The notes beneath the pieces were generated by a model. It searched no databases, was not told the DNA's origin, and was given only the letters and a program-made list of their open reading frames with translations. From positions 1-44,625 of the forward strand of contig CAXHJY010000120.1 in NCBI GenBank assembly GCA_964016885.1: DNA of 44,625 bases, written 5' to 3'. This document shows positions 11,678-26,767 of this stretch, piece after piece. This DNA is from Eledone cirrhosa. Lineage: Eukaryota. Position numbers and translations under genes: made by a program. The first letter of the stretch is position 1. The number at the start of each line of letters is the position of its first letter.

Positions 11678-12609
11678 TGTATATATTGCAAATAGCAACA
11701 AGCGATTACAGCTTTAACATGTATGTAAATCAGACTTAACATGTCTGCAGGCTGACGTGAAATATATTTTCACAAAGCATCTCATTTTCAACACAATACT
11801 TATCAACCACTATCAACCACTTACCTTCACATTATCTTCATTACGTTATAGCTTTACCACCCACCACATTATGGCGTACGCATATACTAAGCTGCACACG
11901 CGCCTACTCTCTTACACGCACGTATATATACGCATGCACACACACACATATTAAATCATACGGATAATCAAGCGTATGCAAACATTTATACATATGCATG
12001 CACCACACACAAACACTCACACAACGTCATCCACATTCCAGAACACGCATGCAGTGCAGCTCTCCTCATAAGACTTTCTAACGTATATATAAATATATGT
12101 TCATACACAACAGACATACAAAATTACTTACACACGTACATATCTATACATAATGTGTGTGTGTATGAGATTTTATTTGGTTTTGTGTGTACACATGTGT
12201 ATCAATATCTATTATGTTTGTTTAGATACTTATATATATATATATTTTCTTTATGGACAATAAAATAATTACATTTCCAAACCAACATTCGAAAGAATTG
12301 CATGAATTATGCTTTATTTCATTTTCTCAAAACATCCTTCAGTGTGGTCCACACGTTCAACCAGTTATTATCCTCCATAATCCACACTACTGGTACTTTT
12401 TCGGAATCATTTTCTTTATTTTATCCACGCCATTCACTTTTTTCTTTTCTTTTTAAGAAAAGACTACCGTCCAATACGTTTAATTTCCACGTTATTCTTT
12501 CCTCGGTTTGTACAATTGTATATGTATATTTCGATTGTTTTCTTGGTAAACCTACTTAGATATTCCATTACTTTGCTGATGCCGCCTACCATGACTACCA
12601 CTGAATATA

Positions 12610-12687
12610 CAGAGTGTCCCCCAAAAAATGTATACGCACTTTTATCAAAATGCTGTTGACGTGTGTATACATTTTTGGGACACCATG
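12610..12687. mobile_element. 78-bp Tc1/mariner-type MITE
   Basis: TA at 12608-12609 and 12688-12689; imperfect TIRs of about 28 bp, CAGAGTGTCCCCCAAAAAATGTATACGCAC and GTGTGTATACATTTTTGGGACACCATG. Confidence 0.8.
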
Positions 12688-13346
12688 TATATGAAGCTAA
12701 TTGTTGCCTTTCCCGTATATTTTCCGTAATATTTTTTATATTTAGGTGCCCATTGATATATGTTATTGATAGATAGTGCTCAGGCCAAACAATTTCGAAT
12801 TTTATTATACACAAACAGCACCATCTTTACCATCACATCCAAGACTAACAACAACAACCACATCCTCACCCGTCCCAGCTCTATCAATACTAACTCCAAC
12901 ATACCTCTAGTAAAAAGCGTTCCTGTCGTGGCCATTCTACGAAAATACATGTATAACAAGTACTTCATTATCCCAGGAAGATTTATTTTTAATTTTTCTT
13001 AACGATAGTGTTTGATTTGGGAGGTGAAATGACTGAGTCTTTGGAACGATGGACAGAATGCGATGCGTACTACATTCGTTCTCGTTCTCTGCGTTCTGAG
13101 CACAATTCCCATGGAAAGGCATAGCAGAGTAGAGCAGGGTTTGATAAGAAAGAAGATTTGACTCTTTTTGTTTTGTTTTTGAATTTTAGTAGTTTATTCA
13201 ACGAATTATAGCAGCGTTGTTCAGGGAACGTTGGAGTTCAGAAGAGACAGGAATTGCCAGTGATTGAAAAGCCGTGTGCCGAGAAAATTAATGAATCATA
13301 AATCTTTTTAAAAATCGAAGATGTTATATAATTACTCTTTTTTTAA

Positions 13347-13556
13347 CTCTTTATCATTTACATTACTCTATATATACTATTGTATTTTCACAGTAAAGGC
13401 TTTACCTCACATAATGATCTCACGTAATATCGAATCTATGAGATTTTAATATTATTTATTTTGGGAACAATACCTTAACGTCAGTATGAGCGGTCAGTTA
13501 CAGCCGATGAGGTGAGAGAATTCTGGCCTAATGCAGCCGGTTTAAATGCTAAAGGG
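13347..13556. mobile_element. piggyBac-like (TTAA) MITE
   Basis: TTAA at 13343-13346 and 13557-13560; TIR CTCTTTATCATTTA versus CCCTTTAGCATTTA (12/14). Confidence 0.6.
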
Positions 13557-14111
13557 TTAAACCTGTATGTTCTCTATTCTTTTTTTTCTTTCTTATTCTT
13601 TGTCATCTCTGTTTTGGAGATGGTGAAAGTAGGCGGTATCAATTCTGAACGAGGATGAAATATCACCCCTGTTGGGGTAGAGGTCATAAATAGAATAGAG
13701 ACCTAAAGCTCGAATTTGAGTTAACCTTACTCACACGTCTAAATCCTGGTTTCATTTTGATGTGTAAATTGTTTATGGACCGAGCAAGAGGCATAAAAAG
13801 ATGTTTTTTAAGGGATAAACAAAACAAAAAGTAAAAAAAGCAACAAAAAATCCCCCACTCCCGAAATAAATAAAATGGAAACTCAGATAGGAACAAACAA
13901 AACTCTTAAAATTCACCTGTGAATTTAACTTGTCAACATTGGAGCCAACTTTCTGTTCAACACACACATCGCTTCTCTTTGATAATCTCTGTGCACGAGT
14001 AGTATATGTGTGCTTGAGTGGTTGCGTTCAAATGACATTATGTTTGTATGTATGTGTAAGGTATGTGTATGTATTCATACATATGCACACACACACACAC
14101 ACACACACACA

Positions 14112-14157
<46 letters not shown>

Positions 14158-14349
14158 GACACACACACACAGATACACACACATAAATACATAAACGGAG
14201 AAAGCTATTAGCGATACTCCGACCAATTTCCCTCTCACTCAACAAACATTCGGAAATACCGGAGTATATTCCCAATTAAACGTTGGGGTGCTAACTATAT
14301 TGTGTGGATAATCGGCTGTATTATTTTATATGAGATATATATATATATA

Positions 14350-14535
14350 TACGATATTAACAAATGGAAACTATATTTATAAAACCATATTTATTTCATT
14401 ATACATATTTCAAGGACACCAAGTTAAATTATGGAGTGCTTTCATCAGATAAAATAAAATATAGAGGAGTTTTATAAATAAATATTGACATACCCTTAAA
14501 GAATGCGACCATTACTATTGGAAGCTCCCGGATAG
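14350..14535 (-). mobile_element. PLE-like family D copy with an HHR fold at 14392-14456
   Basis: Homologous to 22953-23303; minus strand TTTTAT-CTGATGA-...-GAAATATGTATA^ATGAAAT; flanked by (TA)n. Confidence 0.75.
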
Positions 14536-14617
<82 letters not shown>

Positions 14618-14631
14618 TATATATATCTGTA

Positions 14632-14692
<61 letters not shown>

Positions 14693-15068
14693 TATATATA
14701 TACGTGTGTGTGTTGTGTGTGACGAAAGAACTTTGACAATATATGAACAACCGTCCGGTTATGGAACCAACCAACCAACCGGAAATTTATAAATTTAATT
14801 TATAATAAATTGGAGTGAAAGTAACTGGTGCGTGTGTTTCTAAGTGTATGTATGTGTTGGGGAAGTATGTTAAAGATTGGATGGCGATCAGCGAAATTAG
14901 TTTTATGCCTACGTCTATCAAAAGACATGTAGAAAAGCAGAAGGTTTTACGTGGAAAAATGTTTCCTAGCTGTCGCATTAAACTCAGAATATGTTTGAGA
15001 ATTTTACGGTGGATATGGAATTGGAAAACAGAAAGAAAGTGAGAGAGAGAAGAAAAACAGAAAGAAAG

Positions 15069-15141
<73 letters not shown>

Positions 15142-16100
15142 GGGGAGGGGGAGATGAGAAGAACGGAACATGAGAAAATCTATTGCAGAAATAACAGGGG
15201 CATTTTTGACACACTCAAGTTATCAGGTTGTGCATTGGCCCCCTTTCATAGCGCCAATCACAAATATACAGTCTTTCATTGATGTAGCTAACATATATCT
15301 AGGTTTGCCCATGGAGATTGAATAAGGGGTGGATAAATTACCATGTTTAATAGAATTAACATCGTTAACATTCATAATTATATTACAAAATTGTAATGTT
15401 ATATTGTATAGCTATATTTCGCCTATTAATAAATGGTACAAGGGAAAACATGATTATTAATATTTGTGGTGTAAGCTGATTTTTGTTTCAGTTTCAGAAC
15501 TACTGAAAAAGAAGATGAATGTCTAGAACATTTAAGGCTCAAGTATGGTTCGAACTTAAATGACTGAAACAATCAAAAGTATAAAGAAGTATGTCTGTCC
15601 GACTGGATGTATGTATTAATGAATCTATGTTATGTGAGACGTTCAAGTTGAGATTGTCGATTAGGTGCAATCTTTACATATGACACATTATATACGAAAA
15701 TTAGATATCAATTCAAGTTCCTTGATTCTATTAATCCCCGTTTTCAGCAATCAGCTTGTCGCTTACATCATTTGGGAAGTTGCCGGCATCATGGGCAACA
15801 GAATGCGTGGCGTGACTAAGAGGGACACCTTTGAAGCAAAAATTGTATCTATACATAAGGGCTAATTGAAATATTGAAATATTTGTAAGTCTGTAAGATT
15901 GTGTGCGAATAGAACCATAGTTTTCTTAAAGTATCAAATAGAATATCTTGATTTTGTGGCCGTCTGATACTGCAGTTGGATCTTAATGGTGGTGATGGTG
16001 GTGGTGGTGGTAGTATTAGTGATGATATTGGGGATGATGATGATGGTGACGATAATGATATGCATGTATATTTGTATGTTCGAATGTTTATATTTATTGA

Positions 16101-16538
<438 letters not shown>

Positions 16539-16724
16539 TAAATGAATACATAAACACATATTATATTAAAGGTCGTATGTTGACGAAACAGTAAGCGTTT
16601 ACTATTGTATATATATAAATATACACACACACGCGCGCGCACACACACATAGATACAGATGACTATAAGTATAATATATGGATATATATGAATATATATA
16701 TGTATGTATATATATATATATATA

Positions 16725-16920
16725 TTAATTAAAATAACTTATTAAAGTTTAAGCAAAGAATCGCTGCTTTCACCCTTAACGGTGAAAGCAGCGTTTCTTT
16801 TCTTAAACTTTAATTTGTTATTCTAGTAAATATTTGCTCAACGGTTCTTAAATATTTGATATATATTTATCCTTATCGAGCCCTCTTTGGATTTTAGTCT
16901 TCAAATTTATTATTATTACT
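16725..16920. mobile_element. Family F palindromic element plus tail
   Basis: Arms about 16727-16774 and 16781-16832 around spacer CTTAAC; tail TCGAGCCCTCTTT...CTTCAAATTTATTATT shared with 20672-20716. Confidence 0.75.
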
Positions 16921-16938
16921 ATATATATCGTAAAGGGA

Positions 16939-17005
16939 CGTAAAGGGACGTAACTATGCTGGAAAGCATGGCGTCCGACCCTCTACCGATACTGCCAATC
17001 CACCA
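16939..17005 (-). mobile_element. SINE family 1, 5' (tRNA-head) fragment
   Basis: GCATGGCGTCCGACCCTCTACCGATACTGCCAATCCACC; the 10-mer TAAAGGGACG is duplicated at the break. Confidence 0.85.
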
Positions 17006-17850
17006 TTTACATTCGAAGTGTATTTCATGACGTTAAATATTTTAATTTGGCTATATTTAAAGTGCAAAATTGCAATATTTTTCAAACAAATTGTTCGAAA
17101 GACTGATAACTATATGTAGTCATTGAATCAGTTGGGGAGAAATTGCCCCAGCAATAGATAAAGGAAAACTTTCTAGAAATATTCTTTACTTTATACCTAT
17201 GCATTACTCAACAAGTTAGCACAAGTGTTGACCTTTTTTTCAATTATGCTAGCTCCTAGTTCTTTATTAAGCCTTGAACAATACTAAGAACATTTAATTT
17301 TTTCTTTTTTTGAGTTTGAAAGAAGACGATAACCAAAATTGTTCCCTTGAGTAGAAGTCATATACATTTCTTTTAAATTCTCCGCCTATCCATCGTAATT
17401 AGGAAAAGACTCATTGTACATGTCCGACGCAATTATTCCCTGCACAATCAGGGGTGATTAAAGATATCAACGACAACGACAATATCACCGTGAACAAAGA
17501 TGACAACTATACAAAAAAAAAAAAAAAAAAAAAAAAGAATTATCGTGTAGTTTTTAGTCTCTTAACTTAGTGTAGTCATATCCAAAGCATTCTGCCAGTT
17601 GTTAAAAAGCCGCAAAACTGTCGGGATATAGAGGAAGGACTACACCCACACTTAAGTTGATTAAGTTCGATTATCGCTGTCATACTGACAGTCATTGGAA
17701 TTCTATTCAACTTTATTTCCAAAGGGAGCTTCGAAATTCGATGAGGTCATTCTTTGCAATATATAATTTTTATAACAAATCTCTCTCTCTCTCTCACTCC
17801 CTCTCTCTCGATATATATATTTATATATGTGTGTGTGTATCGAGAGAGTG

Positions 17851-17910
<60 letters not shown>

Positions 17911-17932
17911 GTAGATGCATACAGAAAGAGAA

Positions 17933-17988
<56 letters not shown>

Positions 17989-18389
17989 GGGGAGAGAGAG
18001 GGAGAGAGAGTGAGAAGGAGCGGAAAGTAGATAGCTAGATAGATAGATAAATAGAGAAAAAAAATCTAAAAGCTGGAACCATTAATTATATGAATTTCGA
18101 GTTAAAATACCACCACAGGAGGAAGCTTCGTTTCAATACATTTTCCATGCCATGATCAGATAAAATGGCAGGTGGTAATTTCCATTTCTTCTTTCAAAGA
18201 CAGTAAGCGGTCTTACAGATCAAGTAAAATGGTTCCAATTGAGATACCTTACCATACCATTTAAAAATAATTAAAATTAAGTAAGTAATGAAAAAAAGTT
18301 AAACTATAATTTACATCTAACTATATTTAGACAACCCAACCTACATATCAGATAACATAATATTTCAAGGGACTAAAATGAGCCTTTGG

Positions 18390-18476
<87 letters not shown>

Positions 18477-18562
18477 TGTGTGTCTGGCTGTATGTTTGTG
18501 TGTGTGTGACTGTATGTTTGAGTGTGTGTGTATATGTATTTATGTATGTACATATGTCTCTC

Positions 18563-18610
<48 letters not shown>

Positions 18611-18612
<2 letters not shown>

Positions 18613-18906
18613 ATATAGAAGGTGAGTAATATTGTAGAACAATAAAACTATGCATATATCAGATAGGTAGCACTCAACAGTTGGTAGAACTGGAGTATAT
18701 ATAATAAAGATGAAATAAAAGATGGTTATATGTAGACTTAGCACTTTCCTATAAACAAGAGCTATTATGCCTCATATCATTGTACCTTATTTTTTTTATC
18801 TGAAGAGACCACAATATCTGTCCCAGGAGGATTTTGTATTCGAAATACGTATAATAAAATATATGGAACTCTTATAACCATCTTTTAATTCATCTTTATT
18901 ATATAT
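18611..18906. mobile_element. PLE-like family E element with an inverted tail
   Basis: 18697-18730 is inverted at 18873-18906; tail homologous to 20397-20488; embedded in (TA)n. Confidence 0.75.
18794..18859 (+). ncRNA. Type I hammerhead with a palindromic stem III
   Basis: TTTTAT|CTGAAGA|GA..ACAA.ATC...GAT.TTGT..TC|GAA|ATACGTAT|A^(18853)|ATAAAA. Confidence 0.75.
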
Positions 18907-19159
18907 ATGTATGTAAAAGGTAAACAGAAATAACAACACAATCGGTACAGTATATGGAAGGTATATATTAGGTTAACCTTGATATAGCAGGAAAATGTTT
19001 TCAATACCCTAAGGACAGCATTAGACGCCGAACGTCGCGCCCTTATAATATATGTATGTATGTCTGACTGTCTGCATTACGACATTATGACGTTATCTGT
19101 GTGTATGTGTATATATGTATATATATAGTGTGTGTGTATATATATAGTGTGTAACGTTT

Positions 19160-19260
19160 TTCGAAATATTTATTTCTGCGTTCACAGACTGAATTTTTAA
19201 TTTCAGAAGATCCCGTTAAGGGTGAAAGCAGCGATTAAACTTTAATCTGTTATTTTAATA
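19160..19260 (+). mobile_element. Family F copy showing a degenerate HHR core
   Basis: CAGAAGA (U4 to A)-TCCC-GTTAA-GGGT-GAAAGCAGCGA; internal deletion relative to the other copies. Confidence 0.6.
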
Positions 19261-19485
19261 TATATATATATATCTCAACCTGTATTTTTCTCAATCTGTT
19301 AGTTCTTTCGTTACTTTGGTATATTGTGTGTTAAATTTTGCCTACCACAATGTTCAAATTGTCAAGCTATTTAAACGTATGTTATTACTCTGAGGACCTA
19401 CCTTGTTGAGTGCTTTGCTAACTCATTCTCATAGTAGGCCGAATTTACTTGCACACCGCCAGAGATTCGATTTTACTAAGTATCC

Positions 19486-19550
<65 letters not shown>

Positions 19551-19879
19551 GTGTACAGATATTTTTGCATACACAAAAACAACAACAGAAAAAGAGAGGG
19601 AACACAATTGCATGCTTTTGAAAAATCGTAGTGGAAAATCATCTGCCTATTCACCCAAGGCGACTTGATTTTCATTAGGACTTCTTCATAAATTGGTGAA
19701 CATACGACGAAACATTGAAAGGAATAAGACAACACCACTCTCCACCACTGCAGTCCCACATGCTTACTGCTCTGTAACTATTGCTTTAATTGTACAATAG
19801 CACAACAAATACATGTTCGGTTTGTCGAATGCCTTTTTACTTAACCCTATCGTCTTGGCTTTCGTGGGTTGAACATTTT

Positions 19880-20063
19880 ACTCTCAGGCACCAAATTAAG
19901 TTAAAACTCTGGTAATCTACGACGAATTTTTTTAATAAGCACAAAATGTAGACACCATCCCCAGGCCGAGGTATTCCGTACTTACCTGTACTCTTTCAGA
20001 AAGGAGGGATAAACATGCCAATCTATGTTTAGAATCCCGAGCAACGCCGGGCCATTCTGCTAA
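19880..20063 (+). mobile_element. Helitron-like 3' end (5' boundary uncertain)
   Basis: GC hairpin CCCGAGC-AAC-GCCGGG at 20036-20051, then 8 nt, then CTAA (CTRR consensus) followed by T. Confidence 0.6.
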
Positions 20064-20070
20064 TATATAT

Positions 20071-20618
<548 letters not shown>

Positions 20619-20625
20619 ATATATA

Positions 20626-20821
<196 letters not shown>

Positions 20822-20829
20822 CATATACA

Positions 20830-20864
<35 letters not shown>

Positions 20865-20887
20865 TAATATATATGTATATATATATA

Positions 20888-20960
<73 letters not shown>

Positions 20961-21034
20961 ATATATATGTATATATGTATATATATACGTATGTGTATAT
21001 ATATATATAGTAATATATATATATATATATATAG

Positions 21035-21080
<46 letters not shown>

Positions 21081-21473
21081 GTATGTATATATATATATAT
21101 TTCACATGTATATATATTGTAATCGATATAATGTCCAGTACATTTCTTCTGCAATATATCAACATACATAGCGGTGTAACCTCTGCGCTCTTTTAAAATA
21201 TAAGATTCCATACACGCGTCATGAATGTGAGCAGGTTTCTATTTACAATTCGTTTGCATATATTTTCAAAATTATGATTTGTGCTGTTTGTTTGTGCGCA
21301 TACGTTCGTCGTATATCAGATATTCGATGTTGGGTTCAATGCCTACTTATTTGGTATCTCTTCTGTTTACTTAAATCGCCTATATGTTTGAGAAGGGACG
21401 AAACTTTCAATATCTACAATTCTCATCTCTAAATATCACAATCTTCATGTATGTCTACGTAGGTAAATATCAT

Positions 21474-21524
<51 letters not shown>

Positions 21525-22039
21525 TTATCGGTTGCATTTTTCGTATATGCCTTTTGTGTGTACGAATGATAATTTACAGCAAATATTATCAAGTAGGCGA
21601 ACACAGAATCGAAGCAACGTTATAATATTGACAGAAGACGTATCTTGACATTTCATTTCCCGCTTGGAAGATCTCTCTTTAAGGATTTGTTGTAGCGAAA
21701 CAAAAGGACACAGTGACATTTCCCTCCTCGTTTCTGAAAAGAACAAATGTGACAAGGGAGACACATTTTCCAATATACTACAAACTATTTCCTCCACCAT
21801 TTTCCTCTTAGATACTTTTCCTTTTTTTTTAAAATTATTTATTATTATTATTATTTTTTTTTTTGTTGTTGTTGGTATTTCAATTGAATTATCTCATTAG
21901 ATGTTTCTGCTTGTGTTGCATATTTTTTTATCTTTCAGAAAAATTGTAATGAGTTGGGGTGGGTGTAATAACAATTAAACCAAGCAGAATACAGTTTGCA
22001 AGAACATGAATAACTCTAAGAGAAACACCACAAAAAAAT

Positions 22040-22088
22040 ATAATAATAATAGTGATAATAATTATGATAATGATACTACTACTACTAC

Positions 22089-22129
<41 letters not shown>

Positions 22130-22405
22130 GTAGTAGTATTAGTAGTAGTTATGATGATGATGATGGTGGTGTTGTTGTTGTTGTTGTTGGTGGTAGTGGT
22201 GGATAACAACAATAATAATAATGATGTAGTGATGGTGGTGGTGGTGGTGGTGGTGGTGGTGGTGGTGGTGAATAAATAAAAATGATGTGAAAACGATGAT
22301 GATGACGGTGAGGAGGAGGAGGATGATGATGAAGGTGATGATAGTGATGATAGTATTGATGATGTTGATGTTGATGATGATAGTATTGATGATGTGTTGA
22401 TGATG
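22040..22405. repeat. Mixed trinucleotide low-complexity tract (AAT, TAG, GAT, GGT)
   Basis: Seen directly. Confidence 0.9.
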
Positions 22406-22811
22406 ATAAGTTTTAAACAAAATATTGGCTAGAAAAATTAAAGAGAAAGATTGAGAGAAATTGAGAAAGGGAAGATAGGGATGTGGAAAAAGAGAAATAT
22501 GAGAATGAAAGGGGGTTAGGAAAATAAAGGAAGATATAAAGACTGGGGACAGTAAAAAATGCAGAGAAAACGTTACTTAAAACGAAAGAAAAACCCCCAA
22601 AAGCACCAAAACATTAAAATATAAAACTGGGTAGTATTAACTTCGGTCCAAATATACATATGTGTAATATGAAAATTTCAGTCATATAATCCACGAAAGG
22701 CCTGCGCTTGTGTGACGATATACACATGTGTGGTGTAGGTGTGTGTATGTATGTATATATATATATGTGTATATGTATATACATGTATATATATATGTAT
22801 ATATATGTATG

Positions 22812-22870
<59 letters not shown>

Positions 22871-22952
22871 AAAGTTCTATTTAAATTTTTGGGATACAAC
22901 AAGCAAATATTTTCATAACTGATATAAAGCACTCGACAAGTATTTGGAGTAA

Positions 22953-23297
22953 ATATACGATATTAACAAATGGAAACTATATTTATAAAACCATATTTAT
23001 TTTATTATACATATTTCAAGGATACCATGTTAAATTATGGTATGCCTTCATCAGACAAAATACAATATATACCAGTTTTATAAATAAACATTGACGTACC
23101 CTTTCAAAATACAACCGTTACGTTTGGAAGACAAGTAACGGTTGCATTTTGAAAGGGTACGTCAATGTTTATTTATAAAACTGGTATATATTGTATTTTG
23201 TCTGATGAAGGCATACCATAATTTAACATGGTATCCTGGAAATATGTATAATAAAATAAATATGGTTTTATAAATATAGTTTCCATTTGTTAATATC

Positions 23298-23303
<6 letters not shown>
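22953..23303. mobile_element. Family D palindrome (169-bp arms, 13-nt spacer) with an HHR in each arm
   Basis: Arms 22953-23121 and 23135-23303 are nearly identical; HHR folds at 22998-23062 (-) and 23194-23258 (+). Confidence 0.87.
23194..23258 (+). ncRNA. Type I hammerhead
   Basis: TATTTTGT|CTGATGA|AGG-C-ATACCAT-AATTTAAC-ATGGTAT-CCT-G|GAA|ATATGTAT|A^(23250)|ATAAAATA; stem II register is offset by one base. Confidence 0.7.
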
Positions 23304-23353
<50 letters not shown>

Positions 23354-23422
23354 ATATATATGTGTATATGTATATACATGTATAAATATGTATATATATG
23401 TATGTAATATATATATATATAT

Positions 23423-23457
<35 letters not shown>

Positions 23458-23466
23458 GTATATATG

Positions 23467-23499
<33 letters not shown>

Positions 23500-23548
23500 T
23501 TGTATATATATATATATATGTGTGGGTATATATATATATGTATATATG

Positions 23549-23581
<33 letters not shown>

Positions 23582-23669
23582 ATATGTAACGTCATTTATA
23601 CCATAAACGTGGTTTTGTTTTGGCGTGTAATTGTTCTCAACGATTCTTTGCTTAAACTTTATTCTGTTA

Positions 23670-23706
<37 letters not shown>

Positions 23707-23725
23707 ATCGTCTTTTTCTCCCTGT

Positions 23726-23770
<45 letters not shown>

Positions 23771-23789
23771 ATCAATGTTGGTATCTCTG

Positions 23790-24597
23790 AGCTGGGTTTC
23801 AATGAATGAGACGGCCTGTCTTCCCACGTCGAGATGATTTCTCTTCTGGATGACGGATGCAGTTCCTAGCCAGTTTCATTCGTCGGCAGGCAACTCTTTT
23901 TGAGACTGGTGGCAGTAACCTGTATACTTCTTTATTTGTCAGCTTCTGTTTCCAAGAAATGTTGAGAGCCATTTTCAGCATCTTCGTATAACATCCGTCA
24001 ATTCTCTTGCATGGCACTTTGCCAATAGGCAACGTTTCACCGCCGTAAAGCAGGACGGATTCAACAGTTGCTAGAAAGAGGTACTCCTTGATTTTGTGGT
24101 TTAGGTCGGACTTCCTTATCTTCAGTTGCTTGTGACATGCCGACAATGCTAATGCTTTTCTAACTTCAAAGTCCTTGCGTGAGCTGAGCCTCCATGCACC
24201 AAGTTACTTAAAATTCTCAACTGTTTTGGTTGTTGTACCGTCCTTAGCAAGCAGTGGAGCTGGATCAACTTGATTGTAGTGCATGATATCGGTCATCTTT
24301 GCATTGAAATGCAGTCCTGTTTTGCCTGATTCAACCTCGGCATGAGTGAGCAGTGCTTGAACTTGGCTGACCTCCTCTGTGATCACGGCAATGTCATCGG
24401 CGAAGTCTGTGTCAGTGACAACTTTTAGATAGTGACGACAGCTTCACCTTCGATCCAATTTGAAACCCAACTCTACTTCCATCTCATGAATGGCCTGTCT
24501 CATTGCATAATCGAGGAATCGAGGACAATTGCAAATATAAAGGATGCAAGCGAGTCGCCTTGGTGAACACCTGCGAGAATCTCAAAGTAATCAGTGT
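23790..24597 (-). mobile_element. Degenerate RTE-clade LINE reverse transcriptase fragment
   Basis: Minus strand reads [35 protein letters not shown] and RIDGCYTKMLKMALNISWK, with in-frame stops. Confidence 0.92.
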
Positions 24598-24630
24598 TTC
24601 ATATATATATATATGTATATGTATATACAC

Positions 24631-24912
<282 letters not shown>

Positions 24913-24950
24913 ATATTTTCTCTGCTGGAGAATATTATTTACAAATAGGT

Positions 24951-25130
24951 GGTGGATTGGCAGTATCGGTAGAGGGTCTGACGCCATGCTTTGCAGCAAA
25001 GAGTTACAGCCCTTTATGGTCTGAGTTCAAAATCTCGCCGAGGTTAACTTTGCCTTTCATCCTTACGGGGTCGATAAAGTACCAGTAATACACTGGGATA
25101 ATTGATGGCTTTGTGCCAAAAGTAGAAACA
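24951..25130 (+). mobile_element. SINE family 1 copy
   Basis: A and B boxes and 3' GTAGAAACA present. Confidence 0.92.
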
Positions 25131-25226
25131 AATATATAAAATAAACATAGGAGAGCCTCGCTATCAAAGAAACATTTTTTCATTATGAAGTAATTACTCT
25201 GAGAATATGTCACAAATGCCGTTGAA

Positions 25227-25275
25227 AATGTAAGACCGCTGTTTCAAGATTCGTTCATCTCTCATCAGTGACATT
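25227..25275 (-). ncRNA. Compact type I hammerhead
   Basis: AATGTCA|CTGATGA|GAGAT-GAACGA-ATCTT|GAA|AC-AGCG-GT|C^|TTACATT. Confidence 0.7.
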
Positions 25276-25442
25276 CACTCAATCGGTACAGAAATTAAAA
25301 TAAACTAGACCATATATAGATTTTGCGTGATGAACATTTGCTGGAGATGTTCATTTGCATATAGCTAATAGAAAACATCGACTGAAAATGGTCATTTGAT
25401 TATAGTGTAAACGTGACTGTTTATTATTAATTAGCAATAGTA

Positions 25443-25473
<31 letters not shown>

Positions 25474-25541
25474 GTGTGTATAGGTATATATGTGTGCATG
25501 TGTACTTATAATATACATATACATGCACACACACACACATA

Positions 25542-25582
<41 letters not shown>

Positions 25583-25585
25583 AGG

Positions 25586-25683
<98 letters not shown>

Positions 25684-26041
25684 AGAGAGAGAGAGATGGG
25701 GAGAGACATATATTGACATAGTATTCACTTCAATATGTATTTTGGAGTATGTATATGTTTTGTATTGTGAGTATATATGTGTATCTTGCTGCGAACAAAT
25801 TAGCACGTATTGTGTACTTCTAATCTTGGTTTCATCCATAAGGAGACAAAAAATTATAAACCGTAAAAAAAAAATTAAAAAATATAAAATCCATAAGGTG
25901 TGTGTGTTTTCCTATACGGATAATATAATATATGTTTAGTTAGAGATTGTTAACCTTTCTGCTATTTTGAACGTTAGCGAATGTAAAAGAAGCCTCTATG
26001 CTGAAACGTCGAAGTTACTGCAACTTTCCTACTTAGATAAT

Positions 26042-26319
26042 TGTTTCTACTTTTGGCACAAAGCCAGTAATTAATCCAGTGTATTACTGGTACTTTATTT
26101 GATAATAATGATTTCTAGTATAGGCACAAGACCAGTAATTTGGAAAGAGGGGAAAGGCACTTAAATCGACCCCAGTACGTTACTGGTATTTTATTTTATC
26201 GACCCCGTAAGTATGAACGTTAACCTCGGCGGGATTTGAAATCAGACCATAAAGGGCCGTAATTCTATACTGCAAAGCATGGTGTCCGACTCTCTACCGA
26301 TACTGCCAATCCACCGCCG
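26042..26319 (-). mobile_element. Long-tailed SINE family 1 copy (26110-26319) with a short SINE 3' fragment (26042-26100) inserted into its TSD
   Basis: Inner duplication GATAAT at 26036-26041 and 26101-26106. Removing the inner insert restores TTAGATAATAAT, matching 26320-26331. Confidence 0.85.
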
Positions 26320-26767
26320 TTAGATAATAATATTTTCACTGTACACACCAGTTTTGCCTACTCATTCAGTTAAATTTTGAATATCTGTTTCACAGAAATT
26401 GTTTTTTTACGAATATAAATGTTGCATGTTCACTAGATTATATCTTGGATTTTTTTCCCAGAATTGAGGAATATATATGTAGACCGTTGTAGTATATAAA
26501 ACTTACCATCTGGGAAAGTGAATATTTCTGTTTTAATTAATCGTTTGATAATTCACCTGTTCGGGCTTTGTCCTTAACTTTTAAAGTTACTTCATGTTTT
26601 TCGCAGAAATAAGTCTGGTATTTAGATCATAAAACAATGTGTTTCACCACTTGAAAAGAAAATCAATAGGTAATAAATATATGAAAGAAAGTTGTAGAAT
26701 ACCGAACCAGTATGTTTGGCGTCATTGGAATATTGATTTGTTTTTTTAAATATTTATATAGGCACTA

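Noticed and set aside
25985-26016. AGAAGC-CTCTAT-GCT-GAAACGTC, resembling a PLE end
   Set aside because: CUGA core and stem I are absent; too degenerate to call.
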